64,000 bases of DNA from Camelus dromedarius (Eukaryota). The translations under genes were made by a program, and so were the position numbers. Below the pieces are notes generated by a model. The model did no database searches. It saw nothing but the letters and a program-made list of their open reading frames with translations, and was not told where the DNA came from. Below, one piece after another: positions 1 through 13,303 of this stretch. Position 1 is the first letter of the stretch, and the number at the start of each line of letters is the position of its first letter. The stretch is taken from assembly GCF_036321535.1 (NCBI RefSeq), contig NC_087436.1, positions 35,714,001 to 35,778,000 on the forward strand. The letters are read 5' to 3'.

Positions 1-502
1 AACTTGTACACCAATGTTCATAGCAGCACTCACAATAGCTAAAAGGTGAAAATAGCCCAAGTGGCCATCAAAATATGAATGGATAAATTAAATGGATATA
101 TACATACAGTGGAATATTATTCAGCTGTAAAAAAAAATGAAATTCTGGTACATGATACAACATAGATGAACCTTGAAAACATTACGCTAAGTGAAGTAAG
201 TCAGACACAAAAGGACAAATATTGTATGATTCCACTTATATATCAAGAATCTAGAATACACAAACTCAGAAAGGCAGAAAGTAGAGCAGAGGTCACTAAA
301 AGCAATTTTTGGAGGGTGGAATGAGGAGTTATTCCTTAATAGGTTCAGAGTTTCTGTTTGAAATGATGAAAAAGTTCTGGATATAAACAGTGGTGATGAC
401 TACACAATATTATGAATATATCTAATACTACTGAATTAGATACTCACGAATGGTTAAAGTGGTAAGTTTTATTTTATGTATTGTTCACCACAAATAAAAA
501 GG
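1..502 (+). mobile_element. L1 (L1MB/L1MC-like) 3' end fragment
   Basis: Typical L1 3'-region motifs 'aatgttcatagcagca', 'gtggaatattattcagc', 'gaaccttgaaaacattacgctaagtgaa' and 'gtatgattccacttata', ending at 'cacaaataaaaa'. Confidence 0.85.
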
Positions 503-621
503 AAGAAATACCCCCCAAAAGATGACAGGAAACCCATATAAGCAGTATCACCAAGACCTCATACCTCTCAGGCATGAAAATTAGGGCTGTATTAGCAGAG
601 AAAGAACTTCAACCAGCTGAA

Positions 622-1010
622 TATGTATCAGAATTTTCGGAAGCAGACTCTGAAATGGAGGTTAGCATGCAGAAGGTGGGTCAGGGAGTGCTCTCGGGAT
701 CCACCTCCATAGAGGAAGAGAAGGAAGCAGGATTAGGCAGAGGGCAAAGTAGGGCTTCCATTCAGGGTCATCTAGGGCCTCATTTGACTCCATGGGGAGG
801 CTTTGAAATTGGGGTGGTTTTTCAGAAGTGTCTTGAGTTGAGGCAGGGGAGCCAGCCATCTTCAGTTGGGGTGAGGGCTCTCTTCAGTCAAGGGCAATTC
901 CCAGACAGGGCTGGCAGTTGGATGGCACATCTGGTAGCACTTCCAGAAAGTGGGGGAACAAGTCCTTCAGTGCGGAAGGGGGCTCTGGGTGGAACATCAT
1001 GATATCCACT
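622..1010 (-). mobile_element. Ancient ERVL-type solo LTR fragment (LTR16/LTR33-like class)
   Basis: 'aagcagactctgaaatggaggttagcatgcag...gggagtgctctcgggatc...ggaagcaggattaggcagaggg' resembles old ERVL LTRs in reverse. Subfamily is uncertain. Confidence 0.55.
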
Positions 1011-1196
1011 AGGCTGAACCCCTTGCACCACCTGGGTCCTCAGACACCAGATACACTCTGGGAGCAGCTCCTCCCGGACTGCAGTAACCTCCTCCCCTGG
1101 GGACCAGTTCTAAGAGGAAGGTTAGAGGGGCAAATCAAAGTGTGTACCTAATTGCTTTGGTGATCTAACATCCTCCAGGCTCTCCATGGCACATAC

Positions 1197-1280
1197 GTGG
1201 GGTAGTCAGTTTTCTGTGTCAACTTGGCCAGGCTGTAGTTCCCATTTGTTTGGTCAGACATGAATCTTAGGTGTTGCATG
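1197..1280 (+). mobile_element. MLT2 LTR 5' fragment
   Basis: 'gtagtcagttttctgtgtcaacttggccaggctgtagttccc...cttaggtgttgc' matches the start of MLT2-type LTRs. Confidence 0.6.
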
Positions 1281-1639
1281 ATCACTGAATGGAAGAACGG
1301 AGCCACAGGCTAGAAGGTGGTCAGGAGTCTACTACTCTGGAATTAAATGGCATCATCATGTTTGGAAGTATTGGCTGAAGGGTCAGGCTACACCCTGACT
1401 GACCAGCTGGGGTACTGCAATGGGCCATCTGGACACACCGTCTTTCTTGGGCAGGCATTATGAACACAGATCTCTGTCTCCTGGTAGAAACAGTCAGTGT
1501 GGGAGTTTGGGTTGAAGGAACAAAAAAAGAAGATAATAAAAGTAGCTTGAAAAGTCTGAGTGGACTGAAAAATCCACTAACTGGCAGATACCTGTTTAAC
1601 TCAACTGGGGGTCAAGATCTATCCTAGATATTAATAATG

Positions 1640-3865
1640 CTTAGTCAACATCACACATAGCTGGAATTGGGATTTGTATACCGCCAACATAGTCTCAGGA
1701 CCTCAAACCATAACATTAACATATAAACTGGCCCTAGGCCTTTAAATCCCTGGAAATGCTGGCAGGGCAAATACAGACTCTGTGAAGTGTACTCACAACT
1801 CAAGATGCACAGAATTCACAGAGATAGAGCCTTACTGAAAATGATCTCACACAATATCGAAGGAATCTACCACATTTGGGAGTCCGCAAACCCAACAAAC
1901 AACAGACTTAAACAGCAAAATTAAAATAATGAAAAACTCTAAGATATCATTAAATAAATATATGTACATTGATTAAAGACAAAATAAATAATTAAAACAC
2001 TAAAAGAACAAAACTCTCTGAAAAAATACTCAGAATTCAACACAGAGAAAGAGATTTTAAAATATGAGAGTTTAAGAGACAGAATAGATAATGACAAAGC
2101 TCCTCACAGGATTTCCAGAAATTTTTATGAGGGAGAAGTAAAATTTGAAGATGTAGTGGTTAATGCTTTTCCAGAATGAATCAATGATATGAATCCTCAG
2201 ATTCAGCAGGCAGAATGAGTGCTGAACAGAGTAAATAAATATAAATTAAATCTAGATAAAGGGAGATCATAAAAGCAAGCAGAGATTAAAAATGTGATAG
2301 GGGAATGATACATAGACTTTTATCAGACTTCTTAACCAAAGAAATGAGCTGACAATAGAATATAATTTCAACATGCTGAGAGAAAATACCAGATAAATCA
2401 GAATTCTATTCCCAACCACATTTTTATTCAATAGTGAGGAGGAAATAGACATGTCCAAACACACAAAGAATCAAAGCCTTTACTATTATCACTCTCATTA
2501 AAAAAACTTTTAAAATATGTACTTCAAAAACAAGAGATTGAGCTTGGAAGGAAAAAATAAGACGCAAGAAATAGTTTTATGCCAGGAAATGGTAAACGTG
2601 TATATAAATCTTAACGATACTTTACAGTATAATACTAAAATTCAAGATGGAACTAAAATGCTACATGACTATAACTCTTAAAGTAAAAGTAGACTTTTCA
2701 AGGATTTTATATACACATGCACACGCATACATTTATATGCCTACACACACGCACACACAAATATATACGCATGTATTATGTATGTATGTGTAGAAGGCAT
2801 CACTTCCAGACAGAATCAGTGGAGAATTGGGAAAAAAGTTTAGTCAAGCGAAAAAGACAGGAAAGGAAAAGGCGGGGAAGGGAGGTAGAGGAAAGGAAGA
2901 AAAAGAAAAATTCATGGTAAATAAAAGGCAACAAATAATTTGTAGAAAAAAAGGCAAATATGTCAGCAATCACATTGAATGTACATAGTTTAACCTGTTA
3001 AAAGATTGAGATTGTCAGATTAAACAAAAAGACCAAATCCAATTATATGCTGATTCTAACAGACATACCTATAATTTAACATCATGAATGTTTATAAAAA
3101 TATGGTGGAAAAGATATACTAAATAAATATTAATCCAAAGAAGGTTGTTCTAACTAGATTAATAGCAAACAAAATAGACTTTAAGACAAAAGGATTTTTA
3201 GAGATAGATACTATATAATGGTTAAGTGAAAATTTTGCCTACAAAATGTAATAATTTTAAGCTTGTATGTACTTAGTAAAATAGCCACAAACTGTGTAAA
3301 GCAAAAATTTACATTATTACTAAGAGAAATTGACAAAACCATCCCACATTCATATCTCTCTGAAACTGCTGGATGACAGCTACACAGATCAGTAAGGATG
3401 GAAACAGGAATTACTGCACATGGGCTGGAGGGAATCTCTTTACGGTGAAATGGTCTAAAACTACTATCGTGATGTTTGCACAATCATGTAAATTTACTAA
3501 AAATCATAACATTTTAGTACAATTTTAGATAGATGAATTTTATGATATATAAATTATACTTCAATAAAGGTATTAAAACAAATCTATAAGGATATACAAA
3601 ATTTTATGAATCTGTCTAGTATACTGCATCTGCTGATTAAGAGACAAAAATTCTACTCAAGCACAAATGGCATATTTAGAAAATTTGACTTCACGTGGAA
3701 CCACAAAGTAAATCTCAACTAATAAAAAGAATTGACATCAGGTAGACCATGTTTCCTGAACATAATGTAATTAAAATTAGAATAAAAATTGGTTTTTAAA
3801 ATTCATGTTTGAAATACTTCTAAGTCATTAGCTTAAGAAGAAATCACAATGCAAATTAGAAAATA
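1640..3865 (+). mobile_element. Degenerate ancient L1 (ORF1/ORF2 remnants)
   Basis: A-rich strand with L1 motifs 'atgaatcctcagattcag', 'agaattctattccca', 'ccaattatatgctg' and 'aaaatagactttaagacaaaa'. An L1 3'UTR-like insert lies at ~3400-3580. No intact ORF. Confidence 0.75.
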
Positions 3866-5019
3866 CAGTTGACCCTTGAACAACGTGGGGGTTAGGGGCA
3901 CTGACCTGACCCACTCAATCGAAAATTCAGGTATGGTTTTTGACTCCCCCAAAACTTAACTACTACAAGCCTACTATTGACCAGAAGCCTCACCAATAAC
4001 ATAGCCGATTAACACATATTTTGTATGTTATATGTATTATATTCTGTCCTTTTACAATAAAGTAAGCTAGAAAAAAGAAAATGTCATTAAGAAAGTCATA
4101 AGGAAAAGAAAATACATTTGTCATACTGTACTGTATTTATTGATATGGTAAGTTTACCTCGTGTTTACGAGATGAATCAATCTGTTAGTACCTACATCAA
4201 TATTTCTCATATGATAAAACACTGCAGATGTTACATGTGTTACTAACACTAGACATCAAAAATGAAAAGATAATATGAAAAAGAAATTCATATTTATTTA
4301 CAGGTAAAATGATTCCTGCATTGATAATGAAGAAGTAATCAATATGATTGCCTAGTGTAACTGATACAAATGCTTCATGGTAGCCTAGCCTATATGCTAA
4401 TGAATAAATTATTATAAAATTTTTATGGCATACAATATTTCAGTCAAATTTATCATACAGTATTGGAAATAAGGCAGGAGGGTATAGCTCAAGTGGTAGA
4501 GTGCATACTTAGCGTGTACAAGTTCCTGGGTTCGATCCCCAGTACCACCTCTAAAAATAAATAAACCCAATTACGTACACCCCTCTGCCAAAATAAAATA
4601 ATTAAAAAAAAAAATCTCAGATCACAGTATTGGAAAGTGTTACATTTTTTAAAAAAAACCACTTACCTGTGATGATAGGCTGATACACAGTTTCTCCAAT
4701 TACAAGAGAGAGACAAGCATACCATATTGTAATTCTTCGAAAGCAAAGTTAAAAGAAAACTAACACATTATTAATTTCATATTATATACCACTCACCTGT
4801 GCCTATGTAAGGATAGACTAGTATCTACATGTATCTTATGCATTCATGACATGTCTAACTTTTTCTTAATTTTTTTGATATTTCTAGGCTACACAGTTCA
4901 TCTGTGAGTTTTTTCTACTGTCATAAATCTCAAAAAATTTTTCCAACATATTTATCGAAAAAAATCCATGTATATCTGTACTCACGTAGTTCAAACCCAT
5001 GTTGTTCAAGGGTCGGCTG
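3866..5019 (-). mobile_element. Tigger2-family non-autonomous DNA transposon (TcMar-Tigger), ~1 kb plus nested SINE
   Basis: Terminal inverted repeats 'cagttgacccttgaacaac' (from 3866) and 'gttgttcaagggtcggctg' (to 5019), with TA duplications at 3864-3865 and 5020-5021. The flanking L1 rejoins as 'aattagaaaata|cttagaactgaa'. Confidence 0.9.
4474..4614 (+). mobile_element. tRNA-derived SINE (camelid vic-1 type), nested in Tigger2
   Basis: A-box 'tagctcaagtggtagag', B-box 'gggttcgatcccc' and A-rich tail. The direct repeat 'acagtattggaaa' occurs at 4457-4469 and 4624-4636. Confidence 0.9.
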
Positions 5020-5021
5020 TA

Positions 5022-5850
5022 CTTAGAACTGAAAAAAGTAAAAGTACTGTCATTTATATCAAAACATGGAGAATAAGCTAACGTAGATACTTAAAAGGAC
5101 ATGCAATTCTTAACTGTTGATACTAGGAATACATGGAAAGGGAACATTATGACACAGTGAAGATTTTTTAATCTAAAGGGGCAAATATAAATAACTCAAC
5201 TTGAAAATTTAGACACAAGCATGGACTGCAAATGACTCGAAAGAATATTCCGAGGGTCATAAATGTCCCTGCCACAACTAGAAAGGAAAACATCAGCTGT
5301 CATGGTTTGTAGATGATGGAACTATCTAGAAAATTCAAGAGAATTTATACACTATTAATCTGATATAGAGTATACTATTAGAACGAATATGATGGTAAAG
5401 TTGCTTATAACAATGTATAAAGATCAATTTCATTCCTATACAGCAACAATAAATAGCAAAGAAACACAATTTTTTAAAACACAATTTAAGAGATTTTGTA
5501 ATCAATGTTACAAAAGATGAGCAAGACATGTGAAAAAATTTGAAAACTTCACTGAAAGACATAAAATAAGACTTGATTTTAAAAACATATCTATATTTAT
5601 ATATATATAAAATAAAATTAACATTATATATATATAATATTCATAGATGGGTATACCCAACATCAGAAATATATTTATGTTCCTCAGATAAATCTTTAAA
5701 TACCATACAATGCAAGTTAAAAATTACAATAGATTCTTTTCTTTTTTTTCTCAAAATATATGCATTTAACTTGTTCAGTCAACCCTAAAATCCTTACGAA
5801 AGAGGAAAGATCCAAGAGAAACATTTTTTGACCAAAGAACAAGAAATATC
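5022..5850 (+). mobile_element. Continuation of degenerate ancient L1 (ORF2 remnants)
   Basis: L1 ORF2-like motifs 'atcaatttcattcctatacagcaacaataa' and 'gaaaacttcactgaaagacataaaataagactt'. Confidence 0.65.
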
Positions 5851-6034
5851 AAGATGACATCTGGTTGCAAAGTAACAAAAACCATCTACAGTGGCTTAAA
5901 TTAATTGGGTATTATTGGTATCAGATAACAAAAATATATGTACCTATAAAGAGGAAAAATGAAAATATGCGAACCAAAGCATTTGCATCTGGGATCTCTC
6001 TGCCAGTCATTTCTTAATCTAAATTAACAAACTG

Positions 6035-6270
6035 TAAACTGGGAGTTCAAGATTTGCAGATACTAAATAATACATATATAATAGATAAATAACAAGTTCA
6101 TACTGTATAGCACAGGGAATTAATATTGAGTATCTTATGGGGAAAAAGAATATGAAAATGAATATATGTATGTTCATGTATGACTGAAGCATTGTGCTGT
6201 ACACCAGAAATTGACACATTGTATACTGATTATACTTTAATAAAAATATATATTTTTTAAAATGATAAAT
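6035..6270 (+). mobile_element. 5'-truncated lineage-specific L1 3' end
   Basis: 'actgggagttcaagatttgcagatact...ctgtatagcacagggaa...gtgctgtacaccagaaattgacaca'. Probable TSD 'aattaacaaactg' (6022-6034) / 'aattaataaacgg' (6271-6283). Confidence 0.85.
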
Positions 6271-8516
6271 AATTAATAAACGGACATTGTGATTATACAT
6301 CAGTCCCCATGAGCTTGACTAGTAAGAGGCAGCTTCTATAGAAAGAACACATTTCAGCATAGTGATAAAGTCAGATTTCTAATCCTACACGTTCAGATCA
6401 ATATGAATTCACGAACATAAATCCCATCTTGGGAGGGCACTTGACAGACCTTCATCAGGTAGCAGCTTTTGTACTTTGCCACATGTAGCCTTGCATATGA
6501 AACTATTTCCCTTTGTGCCAATACCTGTTTATTCACCATCCTGATTGGAAATTCAGCATCTCATATTAATCTTTATAAAGATTATTTCTCCATCCTATAA
6601 GACAGTCTTTAATCAAAATTGCTTACAATGTGCTTGACACTGCTATAAAGTGGAAGAGGCGAGGGTCTTGACGCAGATTACAGAGAGAAGAATCTACTAA
6701 GTAACTAAGTGATCATTGCCATTCCAGAGCGTGATGTAGATTTCACAGCAGCGTATGGCACTGGGCTTTGCCTAGAGCAGCGCCCAGTAAATATTTGGAT
6801 TAACTGGTTGCGACAGCAAATAAAAACATAGCAATCCATAATTTTCAAATATTAAAATTCCCCGGAAATATTTCTTTACCGTATTATTCCCATCATATAC
6901 CTAGTAGAGACAAATTAAATCAACCAAATTAATAGGTTAAATGGTTCAACGTGGTTAAAAGAGGCATGTAGCATGGTGACACAAGAGCCTACCAGGTAAC
7001 ACTGCTCTTGTGTCTAAGCTGATCTTTTTCAGAATAATTATCAGCACATCTTAACATGACATGGATAGGTATGAAATGCACTCTGGTCTGAAGTGAGGAG
7101 AAGGATGTGGGAGAGGGAATAAGTTTTTTTTTTTTCCTTTCACAGTCAAAAAATCAAAGAAAACTATGGTTTCATGCTCTGGGACACTACCCTGCTGGGA
7201 TGTGGGGGCTCGTGGGGCTCTCCATCCGGAGCATCTTTCTCTTTGTGTTGCTGTCACAGCCTTTCTCCCTTAAGGACATTACATAAATCACTACCGGAGA
7301 AATAATTTATAGTGGCAGAGGAGGAAGGGGGCAGAGGTAAAGAACACTCCTTCATAGATGACAATGCAAAGTCCTAAATTTTCAGCAGACTTTATAAAGA
7401 CAGAAGCAGAAGGCAGCTGGGCAGGAATATGAAACATATTGTCCCAAACAGATTTCCCATCTTCATGCTGTGGCTAGGATCCATCTGTTTATCACTGGGT
7501 GCAACACAAGCTGGGGCAAAATGTGTCATTCATCGTTCAGGGGAGGCTGGGAAGCAGAAGAGGAAATGGTGAGCCACAGAAAGTTCCCCAGAATGAGCTG
7601 CCTTCTAACTAGCCACATTTAACACTCTGTTTACAGACAGCAGCAACATTTGCAATTTATTCTTCCCAATCAATCTTGGGGACTAAGACTGTTTCTTACC
7701 AGGGAGAATCAAATGTGGGGAGAAGAGATAATTTGGGATATGTTTTTGTGGAGAGGTAGCCAAAAGGACAAGAAACTTAACTCTCAGCATATTTCTCCTT
7801 CTGCTTGTCTCAATTTTGATAAAATGCAAAAGGAGAGTAAGAGACTATAAATCTCATTTACATTTGCAAACAACAGATGAGAAGAAATGATTGGCGTAAT
7901 TCATTGTATGATCTGCTTTTCAGGAAGATGTGGGCTTTCAACATTATCCCCAAGAGGGAACCTTGAACAAACCTACATTTCTGCTATTTGTAAGTTTCAC
8001 CCCATGGGTCATTCCCCTGAGAGGTACACAATTAGTCCGCTGACATGTCAATTACTGCACTGGACACAGATGTTTAATCTGAATAATTCAAACTAAAATA
8101 TTTATTCTCCTGAATTTGTGATGGGCTTTCATTTTTCGCCTGTTTCCTGCTAGGTATCATGGAATACTAGTCTAATATATTCACCAACATGTTTTATCTT
8201 CTGATAGTTTCTGTTACCTTTGCCCCTGCCCTCTTCAGTTAGATTGGAGGAATCCACCCCCAAAGGAGGATTGTTTTATGAGAACTCTGAGAACCAAAGT
8301 GTCAAGACTGAGATTCCAGGTATTTAACAAAAGAAATGGAGGAATATGTGACCAATCCCCACCATGCACCCTTGTTTACTTAAGAATGTGAATCATACAC
8401 AAAATTAAAACATTTCGTCCATCTGATCGCCCTGGAAGCTCCTGAGTCTGTCCGGAATTCTGAACTGTGGCCTACATTTGTCTAACTCATGTTTTCTTGC
8501 CTTCTTGCCTTTACAG

Positions 8517-8604
8517 TACTTGGAAAGAGTAAGATTATAAGTAGGCTAACTTTCCTGGCCTCCAAGGGCTTAAAACTTCACAGAGGAGGAAGAAATATAT
8601 CCAG
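8517..8604 (+). other. Candidate non-coding exon (88 nt)
   Basis: Branch point CTAAC at 8482-8486, pyrimidine tract 'gttttcttgccttcttgcctttacag', and consensus donor CAG|GTAAGT at 8605. No transcript evidence is available. Confidence 0.35.
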
Positions 8605-8649
8605 GTAAGTCTAATACAAGGCACCATGTGAAAGTGCCACCAGAGAGGT

Positions 8650-8865
8650 ACCACTCAACCTGAAATGCCACCCACCACAGCCCCTATGTCCTTCCTACCA
8701 TCAAAAGCTATCATTATTTTTGGTGGGGTTATTTGCATGTTAATAGTCTTCCCGACTAGAATAAGCAGGCATTAGTCTGTCTCTGTACAATAGCATTCCA
8801 AGCACATAGCACACAGCACATAGCCTGACTACTCGAGGCATATTTCATTGAATGAATGAAGGAAG
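8650..8865 (+). mobile_element. L2 3' end fragment
   Basis: 'cccgactagaataagc...gtctctgtacaatagcattccaagcacatagcacacag...ttgaatgaatgaa' is a typical L2 terminus. Confidence 0.65.
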
Positions 8866-10739
8866 GAAGGAACTCATGCCAAGGTCTATTTTTGTTCTGT
8901 GATTATATTGATTTTTTTTTTCTGCAAGAGTTTAGAGAAGTAGGCCATATGCTAGATTGGCTACTGCCAATCCAGTGCCACCACTGACCCCTTCTAAGCC
9001 TAGGAACAGCCCCGGAATCTTCGTGGAGAGTTTTGGAGAGGACTCGGGACAGATGTGCAAGGTGAAGCCAGTTCTCTGAGCCTTTGGAAGCATTTGCACA
9101 CAAAAGCACAGGCAGGTCTTTGAGAACCACCCACTCGGCCCAGCAGACTGAGACAGTGAGAGCTTCTCAGAAGTTCTCAAGAAGTACTGCAGCTTGCAGA
9201 CAAGCTTTTGGAAACTACTCCAGTGGGCTTCAGAGTCAACTCCTCTGACCTTCAAGGGCAGCTTTACAAAGCTCTGCACCGGTGCACCCCACCTCACCAC
9301 CCCCACCCCCAGCTTTTCCAAAAGTTGTGTAAGTTCCTAATCCTCAATTAACCTCTTTATATCTGGAACACAGAGAGCGACTACTATTTTCCTGGCCAAA
9401 CCCTGCCCCCACAAATGACCACACTCACATGAACAGTGTCCGTCTCTGGAACATTCCATCTGATTCTAGATTAACTTCCCTTTTGTGTAAAGAGAAACCA
9501 AACAGGTAGATAAAAGATTTTATTTTCACATGAGACAACTGATATTCAGTCAGTTAGTCTTTAAGATATCAAGCTGGTTCTGCTTCTAAACATTCAGTAT
9601 GTCAATAATAATGCATTTTAAGTCATGATGATCGTTTTGTTAGGCATCTCCAATAACTTGAAATGAAGCCACACCTTTTAGCAGGGTGTTTTTATGAATG
9701 CAAGCACTGAGACATGTAAGAGCCAGTAGTAGCTCTGATATATCACATTCCTTACTTTGGAATAATACTAAAAACCCAGTATCATTTGAAATAGAAAGTT
9801 TTCAAAAATAGTGGTAATTTTTATATGAATGTTATAAGGGGCCACACCTGGAAATTCAAATTTGAGCTTAAGAATATAAGCCACACATATTAAAGTGATC
9901 AATTTTAACTCTCAGGAACATTTTCTCTTCCTGAAAATTTTTACTCAAATTTTCCCCGTCTGGCATTTCCCAATCCAAGTTGGTCCTGATGTCTGCCAAA
10001 TCCACAAGATTGCTCACAGATAATGCCGAGGGTACAGCAATTGCAACAATATTGAAAAAATAATAACAATTTTTTCTTCCAGTTGTCCCAAGTTAAGAGC
10101 AGAGTAGCCATTCCCTTTGTGGATTTATGGCAGGGTGTCGAGAGCACCAGGGTGTTACAAACACAGAGCAATGCGGGACTGAGACCCCGATTTTCTGGGA
10201 GTTCCCAGTGGCCTCTTCACTTTGGGAGCTGCAGTCCTGCCCACAGATGGCTCACATTTTCCTCACTTCTCGTCCCAGATGGCCCTGGTGTCCCCCGTGC
10301 TTGGTTTCGCGTGTGTACATTTCAAAGCCCCCCTCTCCCCGAACATCTCGGGGACAGCCAGACCTCCTCCACTGACGTGTCATGCCCATGACTTTCTTCC
10401 CTCTTCGACATCCCAAAGCAGGGCCCAGCCCAGCTCCAGCAGGCGACGGGAAGGGGAAAGCGATAGAGCACAGAGTGAGACACAGGGCCATGTTACTGAG
10501 AGGGCTAGAGTTTAAAGAGCACCCGAGGTGCATCCGGTGACCTGATTCCAAATGAGAAGACTGTCCGGATGACGTGATCCTCGGGTTCCTCTTCTGCCAT
10601 CACCGGTGCCAACTCTTCAGTCGTAGTGAGAAGTAACTGGAATAACATTCATGAAGCACCAGGTACAGTGACTGGCACATGGTAACAACCATGATACTAG
10701 TGGAAACCCATGCTGATTGAGCCATAAGTGCTTTTAGAG

Positions 10740-10905
10740 AAAGGAGCCTGGCTCTGCGACTTCCCAACTGTGACTTGGACAGAAGCCCTTGGCCTCCCTG
10801 AGCCCTGCGGCCTCATCTGTCAGATGAATCTAGTAACACCTGTGCTGCTTACTCACGGCTGCTGTGCAAGGAAGGTGAGAACACCTGTGTGAAGGTGCAC
10901 TCTGA
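10740..10905 (+). mobile_element. MIR SINE fragment
   Basis: MIR core 'gctctgcgacttcccaactgtgacttggacagaag...ctgagccctgcggcctcatctgtcagatg'. Confidence 0.65.
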
Positions 10906-11470
10906 ACTGTATACCCCTAAACGAAAGAGAGCGAAGTCCCTCCATCACCCACCAAGCTTGCTTGGGTGAACGGGACCTCTTGCGAGGCCACAGGGTTAGC
11001 AGTATTGGGAAGCACCAGGGTACAGTAATGATTATTAGATGCTTGTATTCAGTCATAATGCCTGAAACCAATTTGTACTGAAAACCTTTGAAGAAAGACA
11101 AACCAAAGCATAACTGATCAGCATTTTTGTCAAAAAAGAAATGGGCAGGGAAAAATAAAAAGCTATAGCAAATATAAGAAGCTGCATGTGCTTTATTAAA
11201 CTCCTTTACTGGGGGGCAGGAAGTGTGTGAATGCACATCTCCACATTCCTGAGCAGGCAACCCCAGCCACGCACACACCCTGATATCCCCCCAACTCCAT
11301 TAGCTAAACTCCTACCTTGCAATTCCAGAATCACACAGTATCCCCAACGTTTTAAAAATACATACATTTTACATGCACAAAAAAATACATTCATTTTACA
11401 CACACACACCCAATTTAAGAACACATTGTAGAAATTGTTCAATCATAAGATTTGACTTCTTTTCAAAGAA

Positions 11471-11613
11471 TTTCTTTGGATTTTTTTGAGGGGGAAAGAG
11501 GGTAAGTAGGTTGATTGATTGATTGATGTATTTTTAAATGGAGGTACTAGGGATTGAACGCAGGACCTCGTGCAAGCTAAGCACGCACTCTACCACTGAG
11601 CTATACCCTCCCC
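11471..11613 (-). mobile_element. tRNA-derived SINE (vic-1 type)
   Basis: The reverse complement reads 'ggggagggtatagctcagtggtagagtgcgtgcttagcttgcacgaggtcctgcgttcaatccctagtacctcc', followed by an (AATC)n and A-rich tail. Confidence 0.92.
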
Positions 11614-11689
11614 GCCTTAAAAAAAAAAAAAAATCCAGCTAGACTTACAAGAGGAAGAAGGAATGTCAGGAGGAAACCTGGCTGTCTAG

Positions 11690-13110
11690 GAGGGCCAGAG
11701 AAGGACCGCGGGCAAACAGTAAGCTATGCTATCAGGCAGAATTGAAACAGGTCGTCGGGTTTCTGAGTGTGGAAAGGAAAGAAGTTTCAATTGGATGCCG
11801 TTCAACAGGACATAAGCCCGGAAGGACTGCTTTAGTCTTATGATGTAAAAAGAAGTTATATAAGTTGAACAAATGCTCCTCTCTTTCAGGAATGTCTTAC
11901 ACAAGTGGCCCAAACTGTCAGCAGCCTCGGGGAAACAGCCGCTGGTAAAAATGTTTGTCCAGCGCTCAGCTGATAGGCATGCATTGCAAAACTCTCCCTG
12001 GTATTTACTCCCCCGCCCTGCCCCCAGCACACAAACACACAACCACATCAAAGTGGAGTCCTGGCTCCCCTCTTGCCCTTCTGAGTGCCCGCCAGCGGGC
12101 CGGGCCTGCCTGGTGCGCGGAGGTGTGCCTCTCCCTCGTTCCCGCCTGGGCCATACCTGTTCTGGACAGAAACCGAGGCCTCCGTCTCCACAACAGTTCA
12201 TCTGATAAAAGACACATTGTTCAAAGCCACGCCAGGCAAAGGGGTACAGACTGTTCCACAGGAATATCTCAGCAGCAGAAAGATGACTTCAAAGATCTAA
12301 CCGTTCCCACCCCTAACTCTATGGTCCTTTAGAATTTTCAAGGGAAGAAATTCCAATTGGGCTGAAGAGATGGAAGGAGTGAGAGGGGGGAAAAAAGAGA
12401 GAGAGAGAGAGAGAGATTTGATTCTTTTCAAATCACTTGACCTTGGGTAATTCGTCTCTGCATCCTAAGAACTGGATCTTCATTTACTGAAAATCACTTT
12501 TGTTTGTGCTTCAAGTGAAGTCCTAATTTCCCTTTACAGCTTGTTTTAGTGTGATGAGACCAGCATCTTTTGCTTTTTCCTGCCATGAAAGTCGAAAAGA
12601 ACAGCACACCGCCCTCCTCCAACCCCCCCCCCCCCCAGTGTTGTCCGGGGCTATCTGCCCAAGTGTTATTTAAAGGTTGGGTTAATGACATGAACGGGGC
12701 GGACACCCCCGCCGTGGGATGCTAACGGAGGGCTTATTAATCTAACTCTTATCTCCTTTTTCAAAGAGGCTACTGTTTCTGACTTGTGTGTCTGCGGGAA
12801 CCGGGCCACGTGAAGGGAATAACAACAAAGGCCATAAAGCACCTGTGCCGCGCGCCGGCTTGTGCCAGAGCCCCCTGCCTTTCCCGAGGCGCAGGGTGCT
12901 CACGGCAACCCCGCGGGTCCCGCACTTCCTTCCTGCGCCCGGCCCGCAGCTGCTGGGTGACACACACGCCTTCCCCCGCAGGGCTCCCTGCTCGGCTGGC
13001 ATCTGTGGCCATTGTTCGCAGCGACTTCCGCCACCACTTCTTGGCGTCACAGGATGTCGAGCCGCTGCCCCTCCGGCCGGGGCCTCCCAGCTACAAGGTT
13101 TCTACGCTTT
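11690..13110. promoter_or_regulatory. CpG-rich island-like region (core ~12780-13110); candidate enhancer/promoter
   Basis: Dense CpGs and high GC against an AT-rich, CpG-depleted background. Motifs include E-box CACGTG 12807-12812, CCATTGTT 13009-13016, ACTTCCG 13024-13030 and GGCGTCA 13043-13049. Confidence 0.6.
12396..12416. repeat. (GA)n microsatellite
   Basis: Directly visible AG/GA dinucleotide run. Confidence 0.95.
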
Positions 13111-13303
13111 TCTATTTTTGTAAATCAACACAGATGTGCCTTTCTGGGAGTTGTTTTTCAGGGGATTGGTACCTCCTTTCTTTTCCTGGGCTGTTCTCAC
13201 AGCGCTTGTCATTCAAGCCACATCTAGTACAGCTTACTAAAGGGATTTTTGATCTAGGGGCTAACTGTGCTGCAGAGCAACACTGCACAGAGGTAGGGGT
13301 GTC

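Noticed and set aside
574..1002. 142-aa ORF
   Set aside because: Lies almost entirely within an old LTR remnant.
4474..4550. tRNA-Ala gene (also at 11613, 27763, 42260)
   Set aside because: These are SINE heads with shared non-tRNA tails and poly-A.
6644..6650. Plus-strand TATAAAG as promoter for the plus-strand exons
   Set aside because: An isolated motif without GC boxes or a CpG island, and common by chance in AT-rich DNA.
11686..12332. Cluster of 110-171 aa ORFs on both strands
   Set aside because: CpG/GC-rich region artefact with low-complexity R/P/G/S composition.
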